From NCBI RefSeq assembly GCF_000143415.4, contig NW_003314267.1:994909-1058908 (forward strand): a stretch of 64,000 bases of DNA. Reading direction: 5' to 3'. The stretch comes from Selaginella moellendorffii (lineage: Eukaryota > Plantae > Lycopodiophyta). A program made the position numbers and the translations under genes. The number at the start of each line of letters is the position of its first letter. Within the stretch, counting starts at the first letter, position 1. Positions 12,916 through 24,815 of the stretch are shown here, in pieces. The notes under the pieces are model-generated. The model searched no databases, was not told where the DNA came from, and was given only the letters and a program-made list of their open reading frames with translations.

Positions 12916-13401
12916 CCTAGAAATGTCGCTGGGGACCCATCAGATCCCATCCTAAGCTCAAAAAACTTGGACTTCAACTCTACTTTCTTGGGCTTGATTA
13001 CCAAATGTGGTCCTCAAGGTTTCAGCAGCTATCTTTGTGAGGTCAAAATGTGACCAAGTCCAATGACACCATTCCTCACCTACCACCCTTTTTCATCAGA
13101 GGCTGCTGATTTGAGCTCTGTCCCCTGGACAATTTGAAGGCAATTGTCCATGAACGAAATCTCTTTTGCCCAGTTTTCAAAATCAGTGCCACTAAACACC
13201 AGGATCAGAAGGGCTTTGCTTGTCATCATTCCTGCAAGGGTCTCAACCACTGGCCAAACTTGCTAGACAATAAAGTGTTCGATTGCCCGACATCGTTTTT
13301 CTTGTGTCTTCTTCTGCAATCGATTGTTCACTCACTGGAGAATGGCTCGTGAGTGATTGAGATCTGCTTGCTCTCGCCCCATTGCTTCTCTATATAAATA
13401 T

Positions 13402-15127
13402 TCACATGGTCTCCACGTTAGCTTGTGGATCCGATCTGGATATTTCTACGGTACCACAATCCATGGAATCCTCGCTTAAAAGCGTCCGGCAACTCTCAAG
13501 CTCAACTCTACACTCTGCTATACTAGGCCGATCTGAGGGATCCACCGCCGAACATTTTTTCGACAACTCCCACAGGACGTCATCCACCATCTTATTAAGA
13601 GCAGGAACATTGCTGGCACTCCTGATAAGATGACCCAGGCCCCAGACGTCCACAGGAGAACCATGGTAACCTGTAAGCATTTCTGGCGCATGCACCCGTG
13701 AATTTAACGGATGTGCCGTTGTAGCCTCTTCAAACGTGCACGCCTCCTCCACATCTATCAGCGTCCACACCCCAGCTACTTCGTCCAAGGCCACGTTGCC
13801 CCAATGGACGTCCCTGTGGATCCACCTCTTTTCCTTGAGCCAGGCCAGAGCTTCAGAGACATCAAGAAGAGCTCTCACAAGTGATTCCTGCGTTGAAGGC
13901 CGAGCTGTTCTGTTTAGACGAGGAGAAAAGCTAAGCATATACTCGCCGATCCTCCTTTTAAAAGGGCCATTCTCATGTCGCGGCTTCCTGCTCAAGCAAG
14001 TCTCCATGTTGGGGCAGCCCTTGAGAGCGTAATATATTTTCCAAACTTTCATCCTCTTCCCCTTCGTCAGGTAGCCTTTGATCACCTGATCTCCAGCTAG
14101 CCTCACAGATTTCCCGGTCGTTATACCTTTCACAACTTCAAATTCCGTATTCTCGTTGTTTATAATGCACATATCGTGCAAACCTCCCAGTACCCGACCA
14201 ACGTTGGACATAACCATGAAGAGTTTGACCCTGTCACCAATTTCGTACAAATTGAACGTTGCCAGGTGCCTGCTCTTAACCCTCCCCCCTTCATAATAAA
14301 GCGCGACCAACGTCACCGCAAGACCGCTCGCATAGTAACCGAGAATGTAAGGAATTGCCTTGTAACACCAGTTCCGCTTGGAAACCAGCTCTTTAAGAAG
14401 ATTGCCAGTTCCTCCCGGTTCCTCTTCGGCAATCCAAAGCGAAAAACGAGCACCAACATATCCCACGACGTCGGGAAGTAAATTGTCCATTCCAGTATTT
14501 GTATTACGGTCCTTACTGAAGGCCACATTCATGAACACTCTCAGGGGAGTGTTGATCAAGTTATCCCATGCCTGAATAAATGAGAGCTCGGAAACACCTG
14601 CAACGAAGATACCATCAGTATGACATAATACAGCGACGTCAAACCTGTTTCTGGTGGTGGAAGTATACAGCCGGAGAGATGCTCCTCAAGCCCCAAACAG
14701 CGATCACCATCCGAAGGCTCGAAGAGGCCCTGCACATCGTAGTCTCGAACCCGGTTGTATGTCCTGGAACTCACGCGGATCGTAAGCCCGTCGGGCCTCT
14801 TGAGGAGAAACCCTGCCAAGCCTTGAAGCTCGGGTACTACTGGCGTGCAATATTCGCTGACAGTCTTGTAGGTGAGATCCAAGGAATTCTCGTTAGCAAT
14901 TCGAGGGGCCGACTCTGAAAGAAAATGCGTCAGTAGCCTCAACAGCCGAAGACTGTACCTTTGAGAAAGCTCCTGAGCACGTCCGCTTTGTCCTCCGGTG
15001 TGGGCGCGAGGAAAAGTACTGAGGGATCCTTTCCTTCTAGCCGCAGCATACCCAGCTTCACAGAGAGCTGGCACTTCTCATCATTGCTCAATGGCAAATT
15101 CCACAAGTCAATTAGCGGATCCGCCAT
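13402..15127 (-). CDS. Crinkler (CRN)-like protein: REase-fold domain + Ser/Thr kinase; exons 15127-14959, 14914-14645, 14597-13402 (~544 aa)
   Basis: Two GT-AG introns (44 and 47 nt) join three ORFs in phase. Motifs: SELSFIQAWDNLINTPL, DRN..PD..AEEE, WCY..IPYILGYYASG; kinase VIK, IHRDVHWGN, LIDVEEA, HAPEM, DVWGLG. Confidence 0.75.
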
Positions 15128-15425
15128 GACAAAAAAAACCCTAGAAAGTGAAACCCTTTAAAGGCTCTCATTTGACTTTTAGGGCTCTCATTTGACTTTT
15201 ACCTTGTTACACTTGGTTTTGATTGAAGAGAAAGCTTTAAACAAAATTGATGGCACTCACAATCTGGCCCGAGTCCATCTCCGACTAACTCGCAAGCTAC
15301 ATTCTCAGAGCCTTACAGATCTGAGAAACCCGGAAGAGGAAAGAGAACGCTGAATCTACAAATTCCACGGACTATACCACGAGGCGAACGAGAAGACGAG
15401 TGTGCCACCCACCGCTCTCATCGTC

Positions 15426-17273
15426 TCAAACTGCGTTTCCATTTGCGAGCGAGTCAACAGAAGTGTCCTGTGTCCGTTGCCTCTGTAAGAAAACAAAGAA
15501 AATTTTAGACTGCGTTAGCCAGATCATATGAAACACGCGACAGATCCTTTAGAATCCTTTCTCGTTAGTGATGCTCTCACGTACCCCCAACACTAGACTT
15601 CGAGATAAGAGCCACCAGCAGCCACGACTCTCTACGACACCTCTACTGACAAAATCTCTCGAGACTAAACTCAATCTCCTGGAAAAACCACTCGAGGTTA
15701 GCATGCTTGTCGTCTTGGCCTTTCCGCTTCTTTAACTCGTGTACTACTACTACTACTTGAAGACCACCGAAACGGATAGGAAAGAAAAACGTACCCAGTC
15801 AGTAGCATCTCCTGTAGAAACCCCGTTCATGAGCTTGTGCATCTCCTCCTTGCTTCTGCTATCTTTTCCCCTCAATGGCAGCAAAGGACCAGAGGAACGC
15901 TCCGAGATATCTGCAAGCGTCGTGCATGAGCCAGAGAAGGCAGTTATAAACAAATATATCCTCTCACCGGAATCCGAGAGCTGCCTGTCCACAAAGTAAA
16001 ATACAAGGGCAACGGTATACCTGGAGAGAACAAAAATTAAAAATCCACAAAAGTTAGAGCTCTGGCAATCAAAACAAGAGAAGAGAAAACGCTGACCAGG
16101 CCACCACAACATCGACAGTGTAGTGCTTTCTCGAGGCAATAATAAGGAGGCTCAAAACAACGCTGACGAGCCAAGCAAGCCGCTTTATCCACCTGGATCC
16201 AGAAAAGCCACGATGGTCTCACATGCAGCACGAGAAACGAAAAGAGAAAAAAGAAAAATACTTGCCTCTTTGTCCCGTATTTCTGGTATGTCCAGATGAA
16301 AACAAGAGTAAATATCATGTGCGAGGAGAAGATCAAGTCCCCGCAGCCAAAGATTACGCCATACGGAACTGCAGGTTACAATCTGATTAAGCCTCGACAG
16401 GACGAGAGATTTTTTACTCACAGTTGAGAAACACGACTTCCGAGATACTTTTTGGAGGCGCCAATGTTGCTGACGGGGATCCCTGGAAAGAAACGAGTTA
16501 GAAGCACTTCACTTTCGATTTTTAAAGGAGGATATACCTCGTGACAGTGGTAGTTTGGTCCTGGAAGCGACGTGGAAAGAAATGACATGATTCGGAGGCA
16601 CTGAGCAACCTGTGGATGGCAAGTGTTGAGTGACAAAGCATACGAACGAAAAAGATTGGGAAGGAAAGAGACTCACGACTAAAGTAGCAAGAACTCGGTA
16701 CCACACCAAGACTGTATAAAATCGCTTGTTGTGGAACACAAATGGATGAAAAGTCCACTGCAGTAACGACCGATTCAGCGCTGGAAAGAGAACTTCTAGA
16801 TCGTACCAGGAAAAATGTAACAAACACAAAGGTGAACAAGGTCTCGCTGATGTATGCCCTTTCGCGTCCTAGCTCCTGGATGCTGGAAAGGTCAATCTCT
16901 AGACGAGGAGAAAAGAATTTGTCCAAGCCTTACAGGGAGAAATCGAAAGCCAATATCCGGAAGGATTCGACCAGGTTGATGGAGGTAGTGAGCGACTTTA
17001 GCAGCAATACCATGTACATACTGCCCAGAGAACGAAGCAAAAGAAGCAAGAGAGCATGAGAAAGGCAGAAGGAACCAAATTTGTTCTACCTGGAAGATGA
17101 TAGCTAGCAGCAGGAGCTTCCATTTCTCGGACAAAATCTTGAGCTCCAGCATCAACTCCATCACGATCCTCTTCCATAGCTTGATTACCCCCAACAAAGT
17201 CAAACAACTGTGGATACAAAGAAACCAATCGATAACTCACCTTGTATGCCTCCCGAGCAATGTAGGGCGGCAT
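15426..17273 (-). CDS. IPCS: Inositol phosphorylceramide synthase (ERH1-like), multi-exon
   Basis: Exon peptides [68 protein letters not shown] match plant IPCS; last exon RQRTQ..NGNAV*. Confidence 0.9.
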
Positions 17274-17895
17274 AACTGGAGCGCCCCAAAGCCCTCCGCT
17301 CGTCGCTGGCCTATCCACCCCCCAGCTATAGCATTGCTAGAGCTCCCAGACGAATCGAGCTTGGATCATCTGGTAATCCGCGGCACGGATCTTGCCGATG
17401 CGATTCCTCGATGAGTAGAACGGTCGGCGCGCTGTACAGGGAGCTCTCCAAATGCCGCGCGCGCGTCGCTGTGCTCGGCCGCCCACAACAGCGCAGCGCG
17501 ACACCCACAGAGAGAGAAAGAGATCAATGAATCAAAACCCTAACGAATATGCCCCGCATATTTTTGGAAACGCGGAAAGGGAGACCGAAGGAATAAAAAA
17601 AGCACAACTGAGATAATCATATTTTTATTACGATTTTGATCAATATACCCTCAATCTTGGATCAACCAAGTCCTCTTGGTCATGAGCAAGGAATATTTTT
17701 ATTCCTACACGATGAGATATTTATTTTCATGGATTTTGATTACCCTCAATCTTTGGATCACTCAAGTCTTCTTCTTTCTCATGTTCTATTTTGTTTAGTG
17801 AAAATGGGGGTTGTCAACTTTTTATTATTTTCATGGAAACTTGGGAGTCGATCGACAAACTCAAGACACTCTCAATCACATACTCTTTGAATCAA

Positions 17896-18564
17896 TCAAG
17901 TTCTCCTGATGAGCTCTCTCATGTTCTTGAGCTGCTGCGCGCTGTAGATCTGGAACGCCTTCGCGACGACGCGATCATCCACAAGAGGAATGGACGCAAA
18001 CACCGCCTTTGCAACCTGGGAAGTCCCCGGGTTCTGGCTGTTAAGCGCCGAGTAGGCGATCGCAGGGGTCCGCCCAACATTGCGCAGGAAGTGGACGAGA
18101 CCCCTGGGAAAGATGAAGATCTCCCCGGGATACAGCACCTGGGCAAACACGCGATTGTCAGTGCTCACGAATCCAACATACAGGGAGCCCTGCACGACGA
18201 GGATGAGCTCGCTGGCGCGGGGGTGGATGTGCGGGGGATTCACGCCGTCCGGGGCGAAATCCAGGCGCGAGAGCGAGAGGCCCTGGGCGTTGAGGCCCGC
18301 GAAGGAGGCGGCGTTGGCGATGGTGGCGGCGAAGCCGAGCTTGTTGGCGGTGTTGCCACGGGCGCGCAGGCCCGAGTACTTGAAGTCGGAGGCGGCGACG
18401 CGCTCGCTGGGCTTGCAGGCGTAGTCCGCGTTGGGGGCCTGGCTGCGGTCGCGGACGCAGAAGTCCTGGAGTGGGTCCTCGTCGGCTCCAAGCACGAAGG
18501 TGGCGGAGGAGGCGATGGCAGCCACGAGCATGAGCGCTACGATGTTCTTGATTACAGGGGACAT
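17896..18564 (-). CDS. Germin-like protein (cupin), 222 aa, intronless
   Basis: Signal peptide, DEDPLQDFCV, germin box [21 protein letters not shown]. Confidence 0.93.
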   Translation of the reverse strand: MSPVIKNIVALMLVAAIASSATFVLGADEDPLQDFCVRDRSQAPNADYACKPSERVAASDFKYSGLRARGNTANKLGFAATIANAASFAGLNAQGLSLSRLDFAPDGVNPPHIHPRASELILVVQGSLYVGFVSTDNRVFAQVLYPGEIFIFPRGLVHFLRNVGRTPAIAYSALNSQNPGTSQVAKAVFASIPLVDDRVVAKAFQIYSAQQLKNMRELIRRT

Positions 18565-20364
18565 TGTTGCTGCTGCTGCTGCAAAGCGATTGAAAGCAGA
18601 GTGGAGAGAGAAGCCAATGATGGATTTGAGCTTTTTGTGTACGTGAAACTTATAGTCGAGATTGTGTAGAGCTTTGCCAACCGGTCGACGTGCGTTTCGC
18701 AACAGGCAAGTTCTCCTTTCTCGTTTTCCCTCTCTCACGCATTGTGTTAAGATTTCTCCTCAGCTTTCCAGCCGACTCTAAAGTAAACGTTTCGTAAAAT
18801 AAAATATACTAGGTCCTCACCATATTTAAATGTTTACTGTGTCCCCAGTAAACAAATTTCATTAAAAATTCTATTGATTTGAAAATTAAAATAAATTATA
18901 ATAGAAAATAATTTATATATGCAATTTATACATATTTTTCTGTGAGAATATTGCATAAAAGAAATTACTTAGTAAAACTCTTCAATTTATCAAGTTTGCA
19001 TAAGAAATTTAATTAATGGAGCTCTCTAATTTTTCAAATCAAGAATGATATGATATGTTAATCACCTCACTCTTTGGCTAACATAATAGTTAAAAATTTA
19101 AATTAAATTTATAATTATAAATAGATAAAATTAGTTTAACTATATAGTTATTTTCAAAATAAAATTTTAATTTGTTCACAATGAATTACTTATATCATCA
19201 AAAACTTTATAAATTTTGTTTGTGGCCATATTAATGAGGAGTGTAACTATATTATGAATAAATTATAAGTGATAATTTCCTTATATTTGTTTTTTCTCAC
19301 TAGAAAAACAAATATACTTAAATGAATATTTTTAATTAATATAGCATTTAAAATTTGAGAATATTTGATGATATAAAATTAAATGCAAATAAATTTTATC
19401 ACTTACATCATATACAAATGAGCATTTTCCAATCATTGTTTTTAATTTATGGCTTGTTGATCTGGAGCTTTAGCATTCAATTCAGTGATCTATGCATTGC
19501 AAAAGAGAATTGAACTGATACTATCAATATTACCCAGACTCTTATGTGTGTGCAAGCATTCTCAACAGTAAGTGGGTTGCGCACTGGAAGCCTGGCCTGG
19601 TAAATGAGTAGAATCTTGGAACCCAATGATGCTTGCCATGAAACAAAACGCCGTAAGAAACAAAGGCTCCTCTTTTGAGTCATGATGAACAAGCGCTCCT
19701 GATTTAGTGCTGACGTGGAGTTCTATATTTGCTGATGTGGCAAATAACAAATGCTATCTCTTCAGTGATTTCATTAGTGCCGCTCGACGCTCCCGAGATC
19801 TTCTTTGACCAGATCAAAACACAAAGCGACTATAAGCCTCAAAAAGGAAGAAAAAAGTACTTTTTTCACCTGAAGAGCACGGCGCCGGCAGTGAGACCAA
19901 GGCGCAAGCGGCTACGATGGAACGCCGGGCCGGCTAACTTGCACACGTGGCTACTGTTCCATGTTCCGTTCCTTGAGTGCAGATAACCTAGAGCCTGTAT
20001 GAATCGAAAGATATCAGTCCTTCCTGTTGCTTATCCAAAACCAAAAGCTTGAGAAGAATCAAGTGATGAAGAAGACTGAAAACTTAGCTCGAAGCAATAT
20101 AAGAGAAAACAATCATGAAGACAGAAGAAAGAAAGAAACGGAACTATGATGGCGAGAAAGGAAGGAGGCTCGCAGCAAGAGATCAAGGCCGCGATGGTAG
20201 CAGCGAAACCAATCCCTCCGGACGTCCCACACAAGATCAAGAACAATGACTCGGGCTTGAAGAGGGAAAATTGGCCGAAGCTTGGTCAGGACCTAGGACG
20301 CAGAGAGTGTGTGGAGATTTCTATCGTAGAGAATGTGCCTTTTATACTGGTTTTGTAATATTGC

Positions 20365-20880
20365 AAATGTGGCAGCATGGTGGAAGCCGAGCGAGTGTTT
20401 GCCACTCTCAAGGGGAGGCGAGACTCAGAAACTTGGAACGCACTGATAGCAGCATACCACCATCAAAGAAACACCTCCAAGGTGTTTGAATCATTCGGGA
20501 GGATGCAAGATGAGCGGTGCAAGCTCGATGCTGCGACATTCCTCTCGGTTCTCACGACTGCCAGACTGGTTGATCGAGGCAGGGAGCTCTTCGAGACGAT
20601 GAAGATTTAGCTCTTGGGATCGAGCACTACTCTTGCATGGTGGATTTGCTGGGATGAGGAAACCAAATCGAGGAGGCTGTAGGTGCTTTGAGGATCATGC
20701 CAGTGGAAGCAAACGTAAGGATTTGGATGGCAGTGCTGGCGGCGTGTGTGAAATGGAAGCATGTGGAGTTTGGAAGGGTGGCGTTTGAGCTGACGTTCTC
20801 ATGGTGAATATCTATGTTGCTGTGGGGAGGATGGAGGAGCATGCCCAGCTTGAGCAAATTATCTCTAGAACCAAATCTTG
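20365..20880 (+). pseudogene. PPR 3' fragment (copy of the end of 52825-55710), disrupted
   Basis: MVEAERVFATLKGRRDS..WNALI, followed by deletions and stops. Confidence 0.85.
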
Positions 20881-21284
20881 ATGAGTAAAACTTCAGAGAA
20901 TGATGGTGATTACTTCTTGAAGTTTTGTCACACCAGTGGTTTCTATTTTCTGTTGCCTGCATAAAGAAACACCGATATAAAGGAAGTGGATTAGTAAGAA
21001 CCACTTAGGTCAAGTGCATGAAGGAAACTAGCCTGAGTTGCCTTACCTATGTTTTACAAGTTCAACTCCTATTTTTTCTATGGACAATCAAAATATCAAG
21101 ATTGAACTGTGCATTTATAATTAAAAATATTACCATATTATTATTGTTTATTTTAGGCTAAATAAAAAAGAAAAAGACTAGGAAAAAGGTACATGCGAGA
21201 GAGAGGTTTCTAAGTATTCACTCATGTTCCTAGTGCAACGGTGCTACGATCACAGTGTGTCCTCTGGGCCTCCCACCAGATCTC

Positions 21285-21831
21285 TTTGAGAACATTTTCA
21301 ATAGCAGTTCAAACAACTTCCCTTTAGCAGCAAGCATTACACATCAACAATCACTCTTCCCAGATCTCGCCGAGATCACCCCAAGATCACAAGCTTACGG
21401 TCTTGGGCCTGGGAAGGAGCTGGTTCTTCGACTTGGGCTCCTTGTTGGATCTCATCCTGTGGAGATTCGGGCAGTTGCCAGGGAGGGCTTGTGCTGGAAG
21501 CCGTGAGAGACGACTATGGCGGAAGGGTGGCAGCTCATCGTACGCTGTACAGTGCCTGCCAGCTACAGGATAAATATGTTGCTGGATCCCGAGTGCAGTG
21601 TGTGCGGGGGAGGGGCCGAGAACAAAAGTGCTGCTGCCGTGCAACCATCTCATGTGTGAGGAGTGCACGGTGCAAATGGTGACCATCCAGATGAAGTGCC
21701 TGATTTGCAGCAAGTGGATCAAATCGTGTACGGTAGATGTGGAGGAGGCGTACGAAGCGATGAAGGAAGAGGAGGAGCCGCGAAGGCCAGACGAGGGTTT
21801 TATGCCACGGAAGAAAAGCCAGTGGGATTAA
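21285..21831 (+). pseudogene. C3HC4 RING-finger gene remnant
   Basis: C..C...LLPCNHLMCEEC...CLIC; upstream part broken. Confidence 0.7.
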
Positions 21832-22188
21832 AGGTGCATCTTTCGTGGAAATCCAAAGACTATCCACATTACTTTTTGGATTCTTACTTAAGTATCCTTG
21901 CACGTAGCCACATACTTGGAGAAGAATCTTTTGTTTGATATGGTGCACGTTTTGCATACAATTGTCACCAACTTGAACGCTTCATGTTTAGAACAGTATT
22001 TTGTTTCCATATGGGTCAGACGGAAATAAAACACGTGAAATGTGATCTCTGATGGCTCTGATAGTATAAAAGACCCTTCTCCAGCCTCTGTTTCCTCAAC
22101 CCACAGAGGAGTAGAAAACAAAAGCAGCCATTCTCCAATCAATTTGATCAGATCGATCACACAGTCTTCACAACGCAGCCATTTCAAA

Positions 22189-23232
22189 ATGGCTGCAATG
22201 GTGTTGATGATTGCGTTTCTCGTGATGGCTGTAGCACGGAAGACGGTGTGTATCCGCAAGAGACAAGAGAGGGCACGATTTCTGGCGTCGCTCCACCCCG
22301 TGAGAGACGCACACAAGATCCTGTGGTACATGTACTCGGTGGAATTCCCCTTCCTCTCGCAAAAGGCGCTCGAGTTTGGCACAATCCGCACGCTGGGCAT
22401 CCCGGGGATCACAAATCTGCTCTTCAAGACCAAGTACGGCCTCAAGGATCCGCAGAAGCGCGCCGCCGAGACCAACATTCTGGTGAGCGAGATGATCCAC
22501 CACCACGTCGACAGCGATCGCGGCTCGTACGCGGTGAGGAGATTGAATGGAATCCACAACAAATTCAAGATCCCAAACGACCAATTCGCCTACGTCCTCT
22601 GCCTCAACGTGGTCAGCCCCATTGATTTCTCCGAGAGATTTGGATTCCGCAAGTGGACCGACAGCGAGAAGGAGGCCGCGTATGTTGTGTGGCACGACGT
22701 GGGCGTGAGGATGGGCATCACAACCATCCCAGATAGCATTCCAGAGATGCGGGAGTACATTCGCGATTACGAGGCCAAGAACGCCATCTTCACGGACAAG
22801 AACAAGAGCATCGTCCAGGATCTCAAGCATCTGGTGCTGGATGCATTTCCTCACCCCGTGCAGCCGCTGGTCGAGACTGGGATCTGTGCACTCATCGATC
22901 CCACAATCAGGAGCGCTGTTGGATTGGAAAGGCCTCCAGCAATTGTGGAGTGGATCATCTTGGGTGCGTTCAAGCTGCTGGCCGGGAGCTTCGTGTCCGC
23001 GTTCTTGCCTCCCAGACGTGTGGAGGATGCAAAGGGCAGCATTGAGGTGGACTGGTGTCCCAATCCCGCTGCCAATCCGGAAGAGTACCGGCAGCTCAAC
23101 GTGAATGTGTATCGCCCACCAGCATTCGAGAAGGGATACAAGCTGGCGGAGCTGGGAGCGCTGAAATCAGGCAAACTTGGACCATACTACGATGGAGGCT
23201 TGCGCTGCCCCTTCCGGCAAATGCACGCATAG
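22189..23232 (+). CDS. MpaB/DUF2236 (Lcp-like) ER-bound heme oxygenase, 347 aa, intronless
   Basis: N-terminal hydrophobic anchor; EFPF..KALEF..RT.GIP.I..LL, PQKRAAET, RRLNGIH, NDQF.YVL, FGFRK, W..VG.RMGI..IP; C-terminal CPF. Confidence 0.85.
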   Translation: MAAMVLMIAFLVMAVARKTVCIRKRQERARFLASLHPVRDAHKILWYMYSVEFPFLSQKALEFGTIRTLGIPGITNLLFKTKYGLKDPQKRAAETNILVSEMIHHHVDSDRGSYAVRRLNGIHNKFKIPNDQFAYVLCLNVVSPIDFSERFGFRKWTDSEKEAAYVVWHDVGVRMGITTIPDSIPEMREYIRDYEAKNAIFTDKNKSIVQDLKHLVLDAFPHPVQPLVETGICALIDPTIRSAVGLERPPAIVEWIILGAFKLLAGSFVSAFLPPRRVEDAKGSIEVDWCPNPAANPEEYRQLNVNVYRPPAFEKGYKLAELGALKSGKLGPYYDGGLRCPFRQMHA

Positions 23233-23409
23233 GAATAGGACGGGCATAGGACATTCGGTCGGAGAACAGAGCATCATTTAAAAATGCGTAGTTTACATGA
23301 ATCTTTTTGTAATTTTAGCGGAAAGGTGGCTAACAAAACCAGATATTCGAAACAAAATTTAGTTTTATCCAAATGGGGAAAAAGAATATCATAAACACAC
23401 TTCTTTCTC

Positions 23410-24069
23410 TCAAGTGGTCATTATGAGCTCCCGGAGGCGGTCGACGAGCTCCGGATTGATCTGGAACGCCTTCTCAAGCACAGCATCGGTGATGGCGGGA
23501 TTGGACGCAAACACGGCCTTGGCAACTGCGGTGACACCTGCGTTCTGGGAGTTGAATCCCGCGAGAGCCACGGCAGGGGTCTCGCCGACATTGAGCTGGA
23601 AGTGCACAAGGCCCCGAGGGAACACGAAGAGATCACCTTGATGCAAGGTCTGCGCGAAGAGCGTGTTGTTGGTGGTGCTCACGAATCCCGCGTAGAGAGT
23701 CCCTTGCTGAACGTAGAGGATCTCAGTGCCCCGGGGATGGACGTGAGGGGCATTGAGACCGAATGGAGCGTAGTCGACCCTTGCGAAGGAGACTCCGAGG
23801 GTGTTGAGCCCCGGGAAGGAGATCACGTTTGCGGCGGTGACGGCGGAGCCAAGCTTGTTGTTGGTGTTCCCGGATTTCTGGAGGCCCGAGAACTTGAAGT
23901 CGGCAGCGGCGGTGGCGGCAGCGGGCTTGCAGGTGAAGCCGTTGATGATGGGGGCAGTGGCGCTGGTGTCGCGCACGCAAAAGTCTTGGAGTGCGTCCGG
24001 GTCGGCGAGTGAGAATGCAGCAGAGATGGTGACGAGGATCGCGAGGAGAATTGCACGGGAACTAGACAT
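23410..24069 (-). CDS. Germin-like protein, 219 aa, intact
   Basis: Signal peptide, [32 protein letters not shown]. Confidence 0.93.
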   Translation of the reverse strand: MSSSRAILLAILVTISAAFSLADPDALQDFCVRDTSATAPIINGFTCKPAAATAAADFKFSGLQKSGNTNNKLGSAVTAANVISFPGLNTLGVSFARVDYAPFGLNAPHVHPRGTEILYVQQGTLYAGFVSTTNNTLFAQTLHQGDLFVFPRGLVHFQLNVGETPAVALAGFNSQNAGVTAVAKAVFASNPAITDAVLEKAFQINPELVDRLRELIMTT

Positions 24070-24815
24070 GGCGATGATGTTGCTTTGAAAACTCGCTTTG
24101 CTTTGCTTTCTTGGTGATAGAAACCAGGAGATTTAGCTGATTGATGTAAGGACTTGCTTGTTCTTTCTTGAGAAGCTCCTTGTTGCTCTTGAGAGATGAA
24201 ATGCTATCCTGATTTTGCTGGCTTTTGAACTGGGATGAGATGCTTGGTTTGATCTCAAGGCTAAGATCGTTTATATAGTCGCAGAAAAACACTGACTTTG
24301 TCAAACTGATTTCTCCAAGGATGACGAAATCCAGTGTGTAGGGAGTCACAAAACAAAAGGCAACGCGTATATCAAACTATTGCTAAGCCTAGTGCCGGCC
24401 CACCTTTGTGCAGTTCATCTCCACCAGGGTCGGTAGCAGCATATTAGAGAAGCATTTTCTTGAATTTTAAAGAAATAAATAAGAGACATAACTTTGCTCA
24501 AGAACATTCCTCTGGAAGAGTAAGAGCTGCAAGGAGCTCTGGAGGAGGATTGTCAAGAATCAGTGAAGTGTGAAGGGCCCTCCTTCCAGTGGGATCTTGA
24601 CAAGGTCTGTCGTAAACCCACATCCTCACGATGTGGCAAAAGAGATACATTGTGCATGCAAAACACAGAACCTCCATTGTAAAGAAAAAATGGAAGCTTA
24701 CCCCAGCATCGATAAGCATGTCTTAAAAAGTCCTCAGCATCCCCTTGATTGATCTTGCAATTCTTGAGCGGTTCCTCAGCCAGCATCCATATACATAGTA
24801 AAAATTTCTTCTTGT

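Larger units (their letters stand above)
19650..24590 (-). repeat. Inverted, more diverged copy of the array unit (mirror of ~29130-34170)
   Basis: Reverse-complement similarity across GLP promoter, GLP, oxygenase, RING, PPR and folate-receptor fragments. Confidence 0.88.

Noticed and set aside
17791-18669. 292-aa plus-strand ORF, and similar antisense ORFs over GLP and oxygenase copies
   Set aside because: Antisense shadows of codon-biased genes
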